A DNA stretch of 40,745 bases from Thermoproteus sp. (GCA_049976425.1 JBMFIG010000012.1:1-40745), one strand, 5' to 3'. Numbered from the stretch's first letter, positions 8,852 to 21,943 are shown. Notes: generated from the sequence alone by a model not told the origin. Translations and numbers: made by a program.

Positions 8852-10598
8852 CGAAGAACCGCTCCAGCTCCCTCCTCAGCCCCTCCTCGTCCTCGACTAT
8901 CTTGGCGCCTCTCAGGAGGTCCTTCAGCTGGACGTAGACGTCCGGCTCGAGGAATCTGTGGTCGAGGAAGACGAGGGCCCCCCTATCGCCCGGCGATCTG
9001 AAGAGCCTGCCCACGGCCTGCCTTACCTTGACCACCGCACTGTAGAGATATACGGCGTTCCACGCGGCCTCGGGGCCCAGGCCCGGCGAGAGGTCCTCCA
9101 CCCTCTTGTCGAGGTAGTAGTCGCGCTCCGGGTACGGCACGCCGGCGATGACCACTGTCGATAGGAGGTTGGCCCCGTCCCTGACGTACTCGACGCCCTC
9201 GGCCAGCTTGCCTCCCGCCACGGCGAAAACGGCGAATTTGGAGCCCAGCTCGATCTCCTCGAGGTCGGTGTCTCTGGCCTCCACGTAGAGCGGTATGTTG
9301 AAGGATAGGTACTTCCTGACCGCCTTGAGCAGGTCGTAGCTGGGGAACACCGCCAGGACGCCCTTGGGCGAGGCCGAGACGGCCGCCGCTATCCTTCTGG
9401 CCATCGCCTTGTACATCTCCTCGCCCCTCGCGCTGTACTTGGACGTAACGGACCTATCGACGACGGCGAGGTAGTTGCCGGAGCCTATGTACCTGTCGAA
9501 AGGCACGTCGAAGATCCTCGGGCTCTGTTGGAGGGGCACGGCCTTAGTGAAGAGGTCCACCGGGAGGGAGCCGCTCATGAGCGCGGCGGCCTTGGCCGAC
9601 CCCAACACGGCTGATATGGTCCGCGACACGTCGTAGGGGACCGCCTTGAGCCGTATCCCCTCCTCCGACTCCTCGGCCAGCACCAGATACCGCCCTCCCT
9701 CCCTCAACGTCTTGAGGAACTCGGCCACGGCGACTAGCGGCGAGTAGGGCGTCGACCCCTCGTCGGCCTTCCGCCTGACGACCTCAAGGGCGGCTCTCTC
9801 TATCTGCCCCGGCTCGTCGAAGAGGGAGAGGGCGTCCCCCACGGACACGGGGCCCGGCCTCAGTTCCTTGAGCCCTTTCTGGGCCTTGTACAACGACGCC
9901 GCCGCTTCTCGTTCGCCGTATTTCTCGGCGTCTGCCCTAGCCCTCCTCACCTCGGCCTCGGTGATCGAGACCGAGTTTATCGACGCCACGGCGTCGGGGA
10001 GGGAGTGGGCCTCGTCGACTACGAGGATCGACCGGCCGAGGTCGACCCACTGCTCCGCCCTGGGGCTGAAGGCGTAGAAATACGTGGCGACGACTACGTC
10101 CGCCCAAAGCGCCAGGGCCTTGGCCGACTCGTAGGCGCAGGTCCCCGCCTCGCATGCGGCCTTGACGAAGGACCGAGGCGCCAGCGGCGTCTCCGGCTCG
10201 AAGGGCTTCGGGGGGTAGTACTTGCATTTTCCCAGACCCCTCAAGTAGCGGCATTCGGCGAGGAACTCGGCGTATGGGAGGCCTCTCAGCTCCTTGTAGC
10301 AACACATGTCTTGCTTGTTCCTGAGGAAGGCGTACCTCACCTCGACGCCGCGGGCCTTCAGCCTTGCGAGCTCCTTCAGCGGCTGCAACATCTCGTTTTT
10401 GGTCCTCACGAGGTAGAGGACCTTGGCCCCGGCCTCCTCCGCATACGTCAACGCGGCGGCGAGCGCGGCGGCGGTCTTGCCTAGCCCAGTCGGCGCGTTG
10501 GCCAAGACGACTCTGCCGGACCTGAATCCGTCAAGTATTGCGGCCGCGAGCTCCCTCTGGAAGGGCCTAAAGTCGTCGTAGGGGAAGAAGCGCTCCAC
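8838..10598 (-). CDS. xpd: XPD/Rad3-family Fe-S DNA helicase
   Basis: Q motif RPFQ, APTGLGKT, Fe-S cysteine cluster, DEAH, MSGSL, QAVGRLFR, LDHRF. Confidence 0.93.
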   Translation of the reverse strand: MERFFPYDDFRPFQRELAAAILDGFRSGRVVLANAPTGLGKTAAALAAALTYAEEAGAKVLYLVRTKNEMLQPLKELARLKARGVEVRYAFLRNKQDMCCYKELRGLPYAEFLAECRYLRGLGKCKYYPPKPFEPETPLAPRSFVKAACEAGTCAYESAKALALWADVVVATYFYAFSPRAEQWVDLGRSILVVDEAHSLPDAVASINSVSITEAEVRRARADAEKYGEREAAASLYKAQKGLKELRPGPVSVGDALSLFDEPGQIERAALEVVRRKADEGSTPYSPLVAVAEFLKTLREGGRYLVLAEESEEGIRLKAVPYDVSRTISAVLGSAKAAALMSGSLPVDLFTKAVPLQQSPRIFDVPFDRYIGSGNYLAVVDRSVTSKYSARGEEMYKAMARRIAAAVSASPKGVLAVFPSYDLLKAVRKYLSFNIPLYVEARDTDLEEIELGSKFAVFAVAGGKLAEGVEYVRDGANLLSTVVIAGVPYPERDYYLDKRVEDLSPGLGPEAAWNAVYLYSAVVKVRQAVGRLFRSPGDRGALVFLDHRFLEPDVYVQLKDLLRGAKIVEDEEGLRRELERFFATSF

Positions 10599-10626
10599 CG
10601 GCTAGAACCCGCCTCCCCGATAAAAA

Positions 10627-11724
10627 TTATTTGAACCTAGACGACGGGAACTTCGTCGACTTGATACGGCCCAGCGCCAGGTCGGCGGCCGTCCTGCCCA
10701 GAGCCGGCCCGAAGGTCCAGCCCAGTCTGCAAGCCCCCGCGGCGACGACGAGCCTCTCGCCTATCCTCTCCAGTATGGGGAGTCCGTCGGGCGTGCAGGG
10801 CCGGTAGCCGACCGCCATGTCGAGGACCTCGACTTCGCCCAGTAGCTTCCGGGCGCCCGCCAGCACCTTCTCCGCCGGCGAGTGGTCTTCCGTCGAGTCC
10901 ATGTCGAAGCGCCCCGTCGCCTTAACCCACCCGCTCAGGGGGACGACCGCCACGCCGGTGTCGGCGAGGTCTATGAACATGGACTTAGGCCTCCTCGATG
11001 CCTTGACGCGGAAGCCGTAGCCCTTGAAGGGCGCTACGGGCAGTCCGAGAAGCCTCGACGTCCTCCACCCGGCCGCCACGACCACGGCGTCCGCCTCGAT
11101 CTTCCTCCCGCCGGCCACGACGTAGCCGTCGCCCACGGCTTCGGCGTATGCGGCCACGCGCTCGGGCGAGGCCTCGGCGAGGAGCCTCCCGGCGGCCAGG
11201 TCGGTGGAGAGCTTGGCGGCCTCCAGATACGCGACCGCCTGCCTCCCCTCGAACTCGGCCACCTCGAACCTAGGCCTCAGCGGATCTCGCCTCAGCTCCT
11301 CGACCTCGGCGTCAAGGTCGGCGACCAGCTCGTACAGAGGCTCCTCGGCGTAGTCGAAGTCGTTCTTCTCCTCGGCCAGCCTCCTGTATTCGGCCCACGA
11401 GAACCTCCCCATCTCCCTCACGGCCTCCCAGACGTCCTCGCCTGGGTCCTTCCCGTAGGCCTTGACGTAGGCCAGGATCCACTTGATGTCGACGTGGCGT
11501 ATGCGGGCGGCGCCTTTGGCCAACATGGAGAGGTAGGCGGTGGGGTAGCCGACGACGTTTATCCTGTTTATCTTGAAGCGGGTGAACTCCAATATGCCGG
11601 CGGCGGCCCTCGAGGCCTCTCCGGGCTCGGAGCCGTCGACCAGGACGACGTCTGCGCCCTCCCTCCTTAGGTAGTACGCGGCGAAGAGCCCGACGACGCC
11701 TCCCCCCACGACCAGCGCCCTCAT
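10627..11724 (-). CDS. FAD-dependent oxidoreductase, DAO family (D-amino-acid/D-proline dehydrogenase-like)
   Basis: VVGGGVVG FAD motif, ASRAAAG, GYRPCTPDGLP, GWTFGP; start taken as ATG 11724 overlapping the upstream stop. Confidence 0.88.
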   Translation of the reverse strand: MRALVVGGGVVGLFAAYYLRREGADVVLVDGSEPGEASRAAAGILEFTRFKINRINVVGYPTAYLSMLAKGAARIRHVDIKWILAYVKAYGKDPGEDVWEAVREMGRFSWAEYRRLAEEKNDFDYAEEPLYELVADLDAEVEELRRDPLRPRFEVAEFEGRQAVAYLEAAKLSTDLAAGRLLAEASPERVAAYAEAVGDGYVVAGGRKIEADAVVVAAGWRTSRLLGLPVAPFKGYGFRVKASRRPKSMFIDLADTGVAVVPLSGWVKATGRFDMDSTEDHSPAEKVLAGARKLLGEVEVLDMAVGYRPCTPDGLPILERIGERLVVAAGACRLGWTFGPALGRTAADLALGRIKSTKFPSSRFK

Positions 11725-11885
11725 GCGTATCCCCACCGCCGTAGCTTCTCCATCATCTGCCCCTCCTCGTCCGGCAGAAGTTGCCTCAAGAGCTCGACGA
11801 CGTATTTCTCAACGTCGTCGTAGCCGGCCTCGGCCGCGGCTTTCTGGAGTCGTTTGTACAGATCGTCGGGGATGCGGACGCACAC
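11721..11885 (-). CDS. Small CopG/ribbon-helix-helix protein (54 aa)
   Basis: GTG start gives MCVRIPDDLYKRLQKAAAEAGYDDVEKYVVELLRQLL...LRRWGYA, an RHH pattern; AT-rich box about 20-25 bp upstream. Hidden at the tail of a spurious 405-aa ORF. Confidence 0.8.
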   Translation of the reverse strand: MCVRIPDDLYKRLQKAAAEAGYDDVEKYVVELLRQLLPDEEGQMMEKLRRWGYA

Positions 11886-11911
11886 ATGGCGGCTTCCGGC
11901 CGGCTTAATAT

Positions 11912-13228
11912 TTATTCCTCTTCCTCCTCGCCGACGATCATCTCCCTTATCTCTGCTACCAGAAAGCCGAGCACCAGAAGGGCCATGAAGCCCGTCACGA
12001 TCGGGAGCGGTATGCCGCCTAGGCTCTGCAGAAGGAGGTACGTGGTCAACGCGGTGGCGGCCACCGAGAGGGCCAGCTCGGGCGCCCTCTTGCGGATTCT
12101 CTTGAGCGCTATCCTGAGCAGGGAGAAGTTGGCGGAGACGTGGACAATCGAGTTGGCCAACATGGATATTAGGGCCAGCGCGGCGAAGGCGGCCGATAGG
12201 CCTAGGGAGATGTACGAGGAGTAGAGCGTCAGTGCGTACAGCGCTATTGTCACCAGCGACGCGTATAGAGGCCCAGACCGCCCTTTGACCTCGCTGAGCT
12301 TTCTCGGTATGAGGCCGTGGAACGACATGGCGTACAGCGTCCTGGAGGCGGCTATCATGAAGGCCAGGGTGGCGAGGACACCGTCGTTGACGGCGGCGAA
12401 CAGCACAAACGAGAGGGTCAGCAACCCGAATCTGAGCGCTATGAGGTCCAGCACCGAGCCGCTGGCTCCGCCCAAGTAGATGAAGTGGTCGGCTATTGCG
12501 TACACGTCGAGGGCGGCGAGGCCCCCTCCCATCAATATGACGGCGATTATGGCCAGAGGCACGTTGCGCCTCGGGTTCTTGACCTCGCCGGACACGGGAG
12601 TTATGGAGCCGTAGCCGGTCGGGATGCCCGCGCCGAGTATCGCCGCGGCGGCCAGCGAGCTCGGGGCGACGGCGGTCGCGAGGGGGTTGTAAAACCGCCA
12701 GCCTGTCGACGAGAGGAAGAGGAAGGCGACTGCGGCCATGGCGGCCGCCTCGACCATGCTGGCCACCATGGCGTACCGCGCGGTGGGCTTTATGCCGAGG
12801 ATTAGAAATATCGAAGACACCGCGAAGATCGATGTGAGGACCAACAGCGGAGGTAGCCCCACGACGTTGACGAGGACGGAGGCGGCGGCGATCACGTAGG
12901 CCGAGCCGTAGAGCACGGCGTATATCGTGTAGAGCCAACCGGTCTCGAAGCCGAGCCTCTTGGTGAGGGAGTAGTACGCATATGTGTAGTAGCCGCCCGC
13001 CTGCGTGAATCTGGTGGACAGCCTGTAGACCACCAGCCCATTGACCAGCACCATCAAGGTCCCGAGCAGTATAGCCACAGGGGCGATAGCCCCCACCGAT
13101 GTGAGCACCAAGACGCCGTAGGACAGTATGCTGAGGAAAGGCGACTGTCCGCCGAAACTCAAAAAGACGAGGTCGAGGAGGCCGATCTCTCGCCGCAAGA
13201 CGCGGCGAGTCTCATAGCTGGATTCCAT
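11912..13228 (-). CDS. APC-family amino acid permease
   Basis: About 12 hydrophobic helices, AGGYYTY, GFETGW, GEVKNPRRNVPLA, SRTLYAMS. Confidence 0.92.
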   Translation of the reverse strand: MESSYETRRVLRREIGLLDLVFLSFGGQSPFLSILSYGVLVLTSVGAIAPVAILLGTLMVLVNGLVVYRLSTRFTQAGGYYTYAYYSLTKRLGFETGWLYTIYAVLYGSAYVIAAASVLVNVVGLPPLLVLTSIFAVSSIFLILGIKPTARYAMVASMVEAAAMAAVAFLFLSSTGWRFYNPLATAVAPSSLAAAAILGAGIPTGYGSITPVSGEVKNPRRNVPLAIIAVILMGGGLAALDVYAIADHFIYLGGASGSVLDLIALRFGLLTLSFVLFAAVNDGVLATLAFMIAASRTLYAMSFHGLIPRKLSEVKGRSGPLYASLVTIALYALTLYSSYISLGLSAAFAALALISMLANSIVHVSANFSLLRIALKRIRKRAPELALSVAATALTTYLLLQSLGGIPLPIVTGFMALLVLGFLVAEIREMIVGEEEEE

Positions 13229-13354
13229 ACGGCGCCACTTTTTACATATGTATTTAAGCTTTAAACCATTCAGCTATCTCGACGCCGAGGCGGCCCGGAT
13301 CGCGGACGGCCGGACAGACTGGCGTGCGTCCTCGAGAGGCCGACGCCATGGCCG

Positions 13355-15718
13355 TCAGTCCTCGCCCCTCACTACGCCGACTACGAAAAGCGGCACCTCG
13401 AACTCGCCGCCGTAGTAGTAGAAGAGCAGGATCTTGGCTATCTCCCTCAACATGAGCATGAGGGTGCCTCTCCTTATCTTGACGCTCTCGGCGGCCTCCT
13501 TCCACGGCCTCGCCTGGAGCACCTTCGAGACTAGGGCCAGCTCTAGGGCCTCGTCGAGGGAGGGCCTCCTGGCCTTTGAGGAGTAGAAGTACTGCGCCGC
13601 GAGGAAGTACAACGCGTCGGAGACGTTCTCGAAGGTCATGGGGCCCACCGCGTAGGCCACCAGCCTATCTATCTGGTTGCGGGACAGCTTGGGCTTGGGC
13701 TCTATATCCCAGCCCCAATCCTCCAAGAGCATCCTCGCCTCGGCGGGGTCGAGATCGCTGTAGGGACCCATCAGGGAGTGGAGAAGGCGCCGTCTGAACT
13801 CCACGTTGGCGTACCTCACGTACTCGGCGGCCTTCTCGTTGAGGGGCTTAATGAGGAGGACGCTGTACTCGCCCGATACGGGGTTGCGCTCCGGCGATAT
13901 GTGTATGGGCACGTAGCCGTTCCTTATCCAGAACTTGAGGAGCTTGCCGTAGACGCCGAAGCCGACGCCCACCCAGTCGTAGCCCCTCCTCCTCGCCTCC
14001 TCCTCGACCATCTTCAAGGCCTCCGTGCCGAGCCCCATGTCCTGCGCCGCCGGGTGCGTCGCTATCCTCACTATCCTCCATCCCCTCAGCCTCGCGAAGT
14101 CGGGCAACCGCCAGTATTTCAGGAAGCGGTCGGGCAGTATGTTCCCCGGCAACTTGAGACCCCTCAGCGCGTCGTCTATGAAGTCGTCGCCGAGGCCCCC
14201 CTCCTCCGCCAGCTCCAGAGACACCACTATCTTCCCGTTCTCCAGGGCGACGGCCCGCGCTGTGTGGTGCGGCGCGTCGAGGAGCATCCCCAGATCGTCC
14301 GGCTCGTTCCTGTAGTGGGCCTGGACATATATGCCGAAGAACCTGCGTAGCCTTTCCTCGTCCGAGACTATCTCCTCCTCGCCTAGGTAGCGCAGCTCCT
14401 TCTCCTTTATGAGCTCGTAGTCCTCGTCGCCCAGTTCGTCGGGCTCGGCGTCGAGCAGGAAGGCGTCGAACAGCCACCTCTCTATAGGATCGCCTCTGCC
14501 GTAGCGTATGGGCTCCTCCATCTCGTATATCCTCACGTCCGTGTCGGGGTCCTTCTTGAGGCTCTCGAGGAACCTTATGGAGAAGCCCCTCCCGGCGCCC
14601 TCATAGCCGTGGATAGTGGTCGCGAAGATGGTGCGGTCGAACTTCTTGTGGGCGGCGTAGAGTATCGGGAGGGGCACGGCGGCTGCCTCGTCGACCGCCA
14701 CTATGTCGGCCCTCTCCCGCTTGAGCAACTGGTACGGCGTTATGAAGTCCACGAATATGCCCTTCGCCTTGACGGAGCGGATCTCTCCGCCTTCCTTCTC
14801 CACGCCGGGCTTGTAGCCCAACGCCTTGAGGCCCTTCAGGAGGAACTCGGCGAGCGTCTCCACGTTGGGGTACTCCATCGCGCTGACCACCAGCTGTACC
14901 TGCGACTTGGCCTTCCTCAGCCTATGCCCGAGCCCCGCCAGGCCCAGCCCCAACGCCGCGCTCTTCCCCCTGCCTCTGTCGGCTATCACGACCAAGACTT
15001 GCTTCCGCTTGGGCTTCTCGTAGAGCTCCTCCATCATTCGGAGGACCTCCACCTGGTCTTGCGTGGCGGCGAGTTGGTAGATCTTGACGGGGATAACCGC
15101 CTTCTCCGGCACCTTGACCTCCGGCTTGACCCACTCTGGTGGCTCCGAGGAGGGCCTCTTGAGCACCTCCCCCCTCTCCGCGTCGTACACGACTATGCCG
15201 TCGTGCTCCCACAGCTTCCGCCAGAACCGCTCCTTCATCCTATGCCTCACGTCGTTGGGCTTATACTGCGGCACCAACAACGTTGCCTGGAACTTGGTTA
15301 TGTAGGACTTCCAGACGTCCAGCGGCGGCACCGCGAGGACGTAGAGCCCCCCGCCGGCCACGACGCCGCCCAGCCTCCCCACGTCGTTGGGCTTCAAGTC
15401 GTTGATCAGATCGAGGACGGCGAAGTCGTAGGTCTTGCCGAGCAACTTCGGCGTGTCCTTATACGGCCTGAACTCGACCTCCAACGAGGATCCCTCGAGG
15501 AGATCCCTGACGTAGTTCTGCCTCCTGTTGGCGTCGGCGTACTCCGGCTGGAACATATAGAGCCCCTCCCCGCCGCCTGCGGCTGACTCGAACGCCCTCA
15601 AGGCATCCGCCACCGCCTCGGCGACTTTCCGGTCGTCCACCCCGACGACGGCCACAAGCCTCCGGTGGCGGGCCCTCCGGGCCTTCGCCAACTCCTCCGC
15701 CAGGACCTCTTTCAGCAC
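13355..15718 (-). CDS. tmcA: tRNA/rRNA cytidine acetyltransferase TmcA/Nat10
   Basis: ADRGRGKSA, DEAAA, TTIHGYEGAGRGF, AHYRNEPDDL, GNAT motif IVRIATHP...QDMGLG. Confidence 0.95.
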   Translation of the reverse strand: MLKEVLAEELAKARRARHRRLVAVVGVDDRKVAEAVADALRAFESAAGGGEGLYMFQPEYADANRRQNYVRDLLEGSSLEVEFRPYKDTPKLLGKTYDFAVLDLINDLKPNDVGRLGGVVAGGGLYVLAVPPLDVWKSYITKFQATLLVPQYKPNDVRHRMKERFWRKLWEHDGIVVYDAERGEVLKRPSSEPPEWVKPEVKVPEKAVIPVKIYQLAATQDQVEVLRMMEELYEKPKRKQVLVVIADRGRGKSAALGLGLAGLGHRLRKAKSQVQLVVSAMEYPNVETLAEFLLKGLKALGYKPGVEKEGGEIRSVKAKGIFVDFITPYQLLKRERADIVAVDEAAAVPLPILYAAHKKFDRTIFATTIHGYEGAGRGFSIRFLESLKKDPDTDVRIYEMEEPIRYGRGDPIERWLFDAFLLDAEPDELGDEDYELIKEKELRYLGEEEIVSDEERLRRFFGIYVQAHYRNEPDDLGMLLDAPHHTARAVALENGKIVVSLELAEEGGLGDDFIDDALRGLKLPGNILPDRFLKYWRLPDFARLRGWRIVRIATHPAAQDMGLGTEALKMVEEEARRRGYDWVGVGFGVYGKLLKFWIRNGYVPIHISPERNPVSGEYSVLLIKPLNEKAAEYVRYANVEFRRRLLHSLMGPYSDLDPAEARMLLEDWGWDIEPKPKLSRNQIDRLVAYAVGPMTFENVSDALYFLAAQYFYSSKARRPSLDEALELALVSKVLQARPWKEAAESVKIRRGTLMLMLREIAKILLFYYYGGEFEVPLFVVGVVRGED

Positions 15719-15813
15719 AGCACGGCCTCCCGGTGGGGTTAAAACGTTTCCGGACCGGCGTGGAGACGGGCCTGTGTAACCTCAGAAGTTTATATTTAGG
15801 AGATAAACACTAC

Positions 15814-16544
15814 GTGGGCCTTAAGGAGGAGTTTCTTCGTCTTTTGCGTGAGGATGAGGAGTTTCGCCTAGCTGTGGCCGGCCTTCTAGGCCTTGACGAG
15901 ATTTTGAAAGAGCTCAAACGCCTCCGGGAAGACTTCGCCGCCTTCGTCAAGATGGGGGAGGAGCGCTGGAAGGAAAACGAGCGTAGGTGGCAGGAGAATG
16001 AAAAGCGCTGGGAGGAGAATTGGCGCAGATGGGAGGAGAACGAGAGAAGGTGGGAAGAGAATTGGAAGCGTTGGGAAGAAAACAACAAGAGATGGGAGGA
16101 GAACGAGCGGCGTTGGCGCGAGTGGTTCGAGACGTGGAAGAAGTTCTTGGACGACTATCTAGCCTTCAAGGAGGACACGACGAGGAGGCTGTCTAGGCTG
16201 GAGGAGGGCTTGGGGGCCGTCACGGAGGCCTTGTTCTCGCGCTATGTCTGGGAGGATCTTTCTGTAGATATTAGGACTGCTGGGGAGTCTGTTGTTAGGC
16301 GTGTTAGGAATGCTGATTTTGACGGGGTTGATGTGGATCTCTTGTGGAGACTGACAAGAGGATCTTCGTCGTCGAGGTGAAGGTGAGGCCGAGAATCGAA
16401 GACGTAGGGGCACTCCTAGCGAAGGCGGAGGTCGTCGCCAGCAAGGCCAACAAGCCGGTCGTGCCTGTCCTGACAGGCGCGCTGGTGGGCAGGGAGGTTG
16501 AGGCCTACGCGAGGGGGAAGGGGGTTCTCGTATACGTGTACTAG
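15814..16544 (+). pseudogene. paREP-type coiled-coil protein with C-terminal PD-(D/E)XK-like domain, frameshifted at about 16342
   Basis: N-terminus LKEEFLRLLREDEEFRLAVAGLLG and heptad repeats. Adding one base in GAT CTC TT GTG joins DVDL to VETDKRIFVVEVK, restoring the D...ExK nuclease motif. Confidence 0.8.
15967..16113 (+). repeat. Seven imperfect 21-bp tandem repeats encoding W-x-E-N-x-[RK]-R heptads
   Basis: WKENERR WQENEKR WEENWRR WEENERR WEENWKR WEENNKR WEENERR. Confidence 0.9.
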
Positions 16545-16549
16545 CGCCG

Positions 16550-17080
16550 TCACGCCTCCCTCAGCCTCTCGGCTATCTTCTCCAGCCACCCGCCGATCCT
16601 CTCGTCGACGGCGCCGCTCCGCATATAGGCCTTTAGGGCCCTACGCAACGCGCCCTTGTCGACGGCGGGGATCTCCTCCACGGCCACGACCTTTGCGGGA
16701 TCCGCTATGGGCCCCGCGTATTCCCTCACGGCGCGCCTCACGTCCTCGGGCTGGGCGCTCCCCTTGATTATCAAAACAGGCGCCTCGAACTTCTGCGGAT
16801 CCCTCACGGCGAAAGCCACGGCGTCCTCCACGCCGGGGACCGACAGCGCCGCCTTCTCCAACACGGCCGGCGATATGCGGTACCCGTTGACCTTCATCAC
16901 GGCGTCCGACCTCCCCAGAGGGAATATGTTCATGTCGTCCGCCATCACGGCGTAGTCCCCCACGTAGTAGACGCCTCCCCTCCACCTCTCGGCGTACCAC
17001 TCGCTGTACTCCACCGGCATGGCCGGCCACGGGGCCATTACCACTAGCTGACCGGGGCGCCCCCTCCCGAGGGGCCGCAG
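16550..17080 (-). pseudogene. C-terminal remnant of an acetyl/acyl-CoA synthetase-like AMP-binding enzyme
   Basis: GQLVVMAPWP, YYVGD and GRSDAVMKVNGYRI are C-terminal ANL-family motifs; no N-terminal adenylation core (TSG[ST]TG) upstream. The 5' boundary is approximate. Confidence 0.75.
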
Positions 17081-17589
17081 GAGGGTTAACGCCGCCCCTT
17101 CGGCGGAGCGGTTTGAGGACAGTATCGCCTCCGTTGCCCCCTCGGAGACGGGGCGGGGCAACTATCTGCCATATGCCTACGGACACATCCCTGTATTTGA
17201 GTTGACATGCGGGGCGAGTGGGGCCGCGCCGAACTCGCCTTAGCCGGTCTAAATTAAATTTGGAACTGGCCTCGGCGTATTTCGCCTTCAGCCGCAGCGT
17301 GTGGGCGGTTCTGAATTACGCGTTTAGCCACGCCGAGGGAGCACGCCGGGCGTTTTTCTTTAAACGCCGAGGGGTATAATTTGGAAGAGAAAACGGCGAG
17401 AATCCTAGGCGGGATCTCCGCGTTCACGTCAACATTCGGCATGGGTAGATAGGGCCGACCGGGCCGTTGGCGGAGGGAAAGCCGGAGGCGTTGCCGATTG
17501 CGCAAGCGCCGATCGCCGAGTGGGCCCTCTGGACGTCCCGGAGTAGGGCGGGTATCTAGGGGGCGCCCGCGATCGGGCAACTGGCGTTG

Positions 17590-17988
17590 GGCCGCGAGAG
17601 GGAACCGCCCGGCGCTTGTTCTGACTAGCCTCCTCCTGGCTGTGTATTCCCTGGCCTTCTTGACGAGGAGTTGCCAATAGTCGCCTCTGCCGCATAGCAG
17701 AACGCCGTCGTGGGCTATGTCGAGTATCAACGCGCTTTCCGCGAGCAACTCGTCTATTTGTTGTATGGGCACCCGGACCGATTGTCCGAACTCCTCCTAG
17801 GCCACAACGTAGGCGCCTTCCCGCGAGATCAAGGCGATATCCCAATCGCTCAAGGCGTGGAAATCGCCGCGCGCCCTCGATCCGAAAAGCACGACGTCGG
17901 CCTCGCCGCAACGGCGAGATACGAACTCTCTCAAGATCTCCGAAAGCTCGCGTTCCCTCGCCTTGTTCAGCTCTATCCACCTATACAT
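17590..17988 (-). pseudogene. Minimal nucleotidyltransferase (MNT), interrupted by an in-frame TAG at 17797-17799
   Basis: VLFGSRARGD...SDWDI motif; reading through TAG continues in frame as EEFGQSVRVPIQQIDELLAESALILDIAHDGVLL. The 3' end is approximate. Confidence 0.8.
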
Positions 17989-18334
17989 CGCCACAACGAC
18001 TCCATGCATTTAATACACTCCTCCGCCTCCCGACGCTCGTACTCGCCTATCCTCGCGTCGGGATACCTGGCCTGCAGGAGTGTTGCTCGAGGAACTTGGC
18101 GCATCTGGCAATGCCCTCGTCCAGCCCAATGCCTCTGATCTGGGCGAGCCTTTTCGCCATTTCGTATAGGCTGTGCGTCAACGGCCTGGCGCCGGTCTCC
18201 TTAGCCAAGAACGCCTTGAGCAAGAACTCGGCCGATTGCTGCGCCAAGAAACACACGAGGTCGTAAGCCCCTATCTCCAAATTACGCAACGCGTAATCCC
18301 TATACCGGCTTGCCTTACCCAGCCAGATCTCCAC
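17973..18334 (-). pseudogene. HEPN-domain protein, frameshifted at about 18078
   Basis: YDLVCFLAQQSAEFLLKA and THSL. Restoring one base (CAC T[A]C CTG) gives HYLQARYPD...EAEECIKCMESLWRCIGG*, whose end overlaps the MNT start. Confidence 0.82.
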
Positions 18335-18375
18335 TGATTTTTCTGAGGATTGCTTAAAAGCATTGAGCGGGAGAG

Positions 18376-21562
<3,187 letters not shown>

Positions 21563-21673
21563 GAAGGGCGGAGTAACGGCTATGGTTAACCTCACCGCGT
21601 AAAGAGCTTGACGACTCGGATATGCGCCAGATGCGGCTACTCGCAAAACTTGTACGTCCTTATCCGGCAACTG

Positions 21674-21889
21674 CTATAGGACGACGGGGATCTTGGCCCT
21701 TCTGATCAGCTCTCTGAAATCTTCGTAGTCCATGCCGGCCAGCGCCTGGGCCAGCCTCAAATCCCCCGTCTCCACGTAGTACTTAAGGGCGGCTCTCAAC
21801 TTCGGCGGGAGAGAATCTATAAAGGCCCAGTCAGCCCGCTCCCTCCTAATCCTCCTAGCCTCCTCGAAGGCGTCGAGGATCTCCTCCAC
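21674..21889 (-). CDS. Small crenarchaeal hypothetical protein, HTH-like C-terminus
   Basis: 71 aa; GDLRLAQALAGMDYEDFRELIRRAKIP resembles HTH/UPF0175-like antitoxins; own TTTTAA box upstream. Confidence 0.7.
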   Translation of the reverse strand: MEEILDAFEEARRIRRERADWAFIDSLPPKLRAALKYYVETGDLRLAQALAGMDYEDFRELIRRAKIPVVL

Positions 21890-21943
21890 ATCTAGCCGGA
21901 CCGGGAGGGTTAAAAGGATGATCCCGCGGCCGGACGGCGGCCG

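Noticed and set aside
11886-12938. 405-aa ORF 11721-12938 as one protein
   Set aside because: Off-frame Arg-rich overlap with the permease; only the last 54 codons look real.
15967-16113. Regularly spaced repeats as a CRISPR array
   Set aside because: They are contiguous 21-bp in-frame coding units with no unique spacers, and no cas genes are nearby.
17797-17799. Pyrrolysine or programmed amber readthrough in the MNT gene
   Set aside because: No pyl genes in the window, not expected in this lineage, and the partner HEPN gene is also broken, so a nonsense mutation is simpler.
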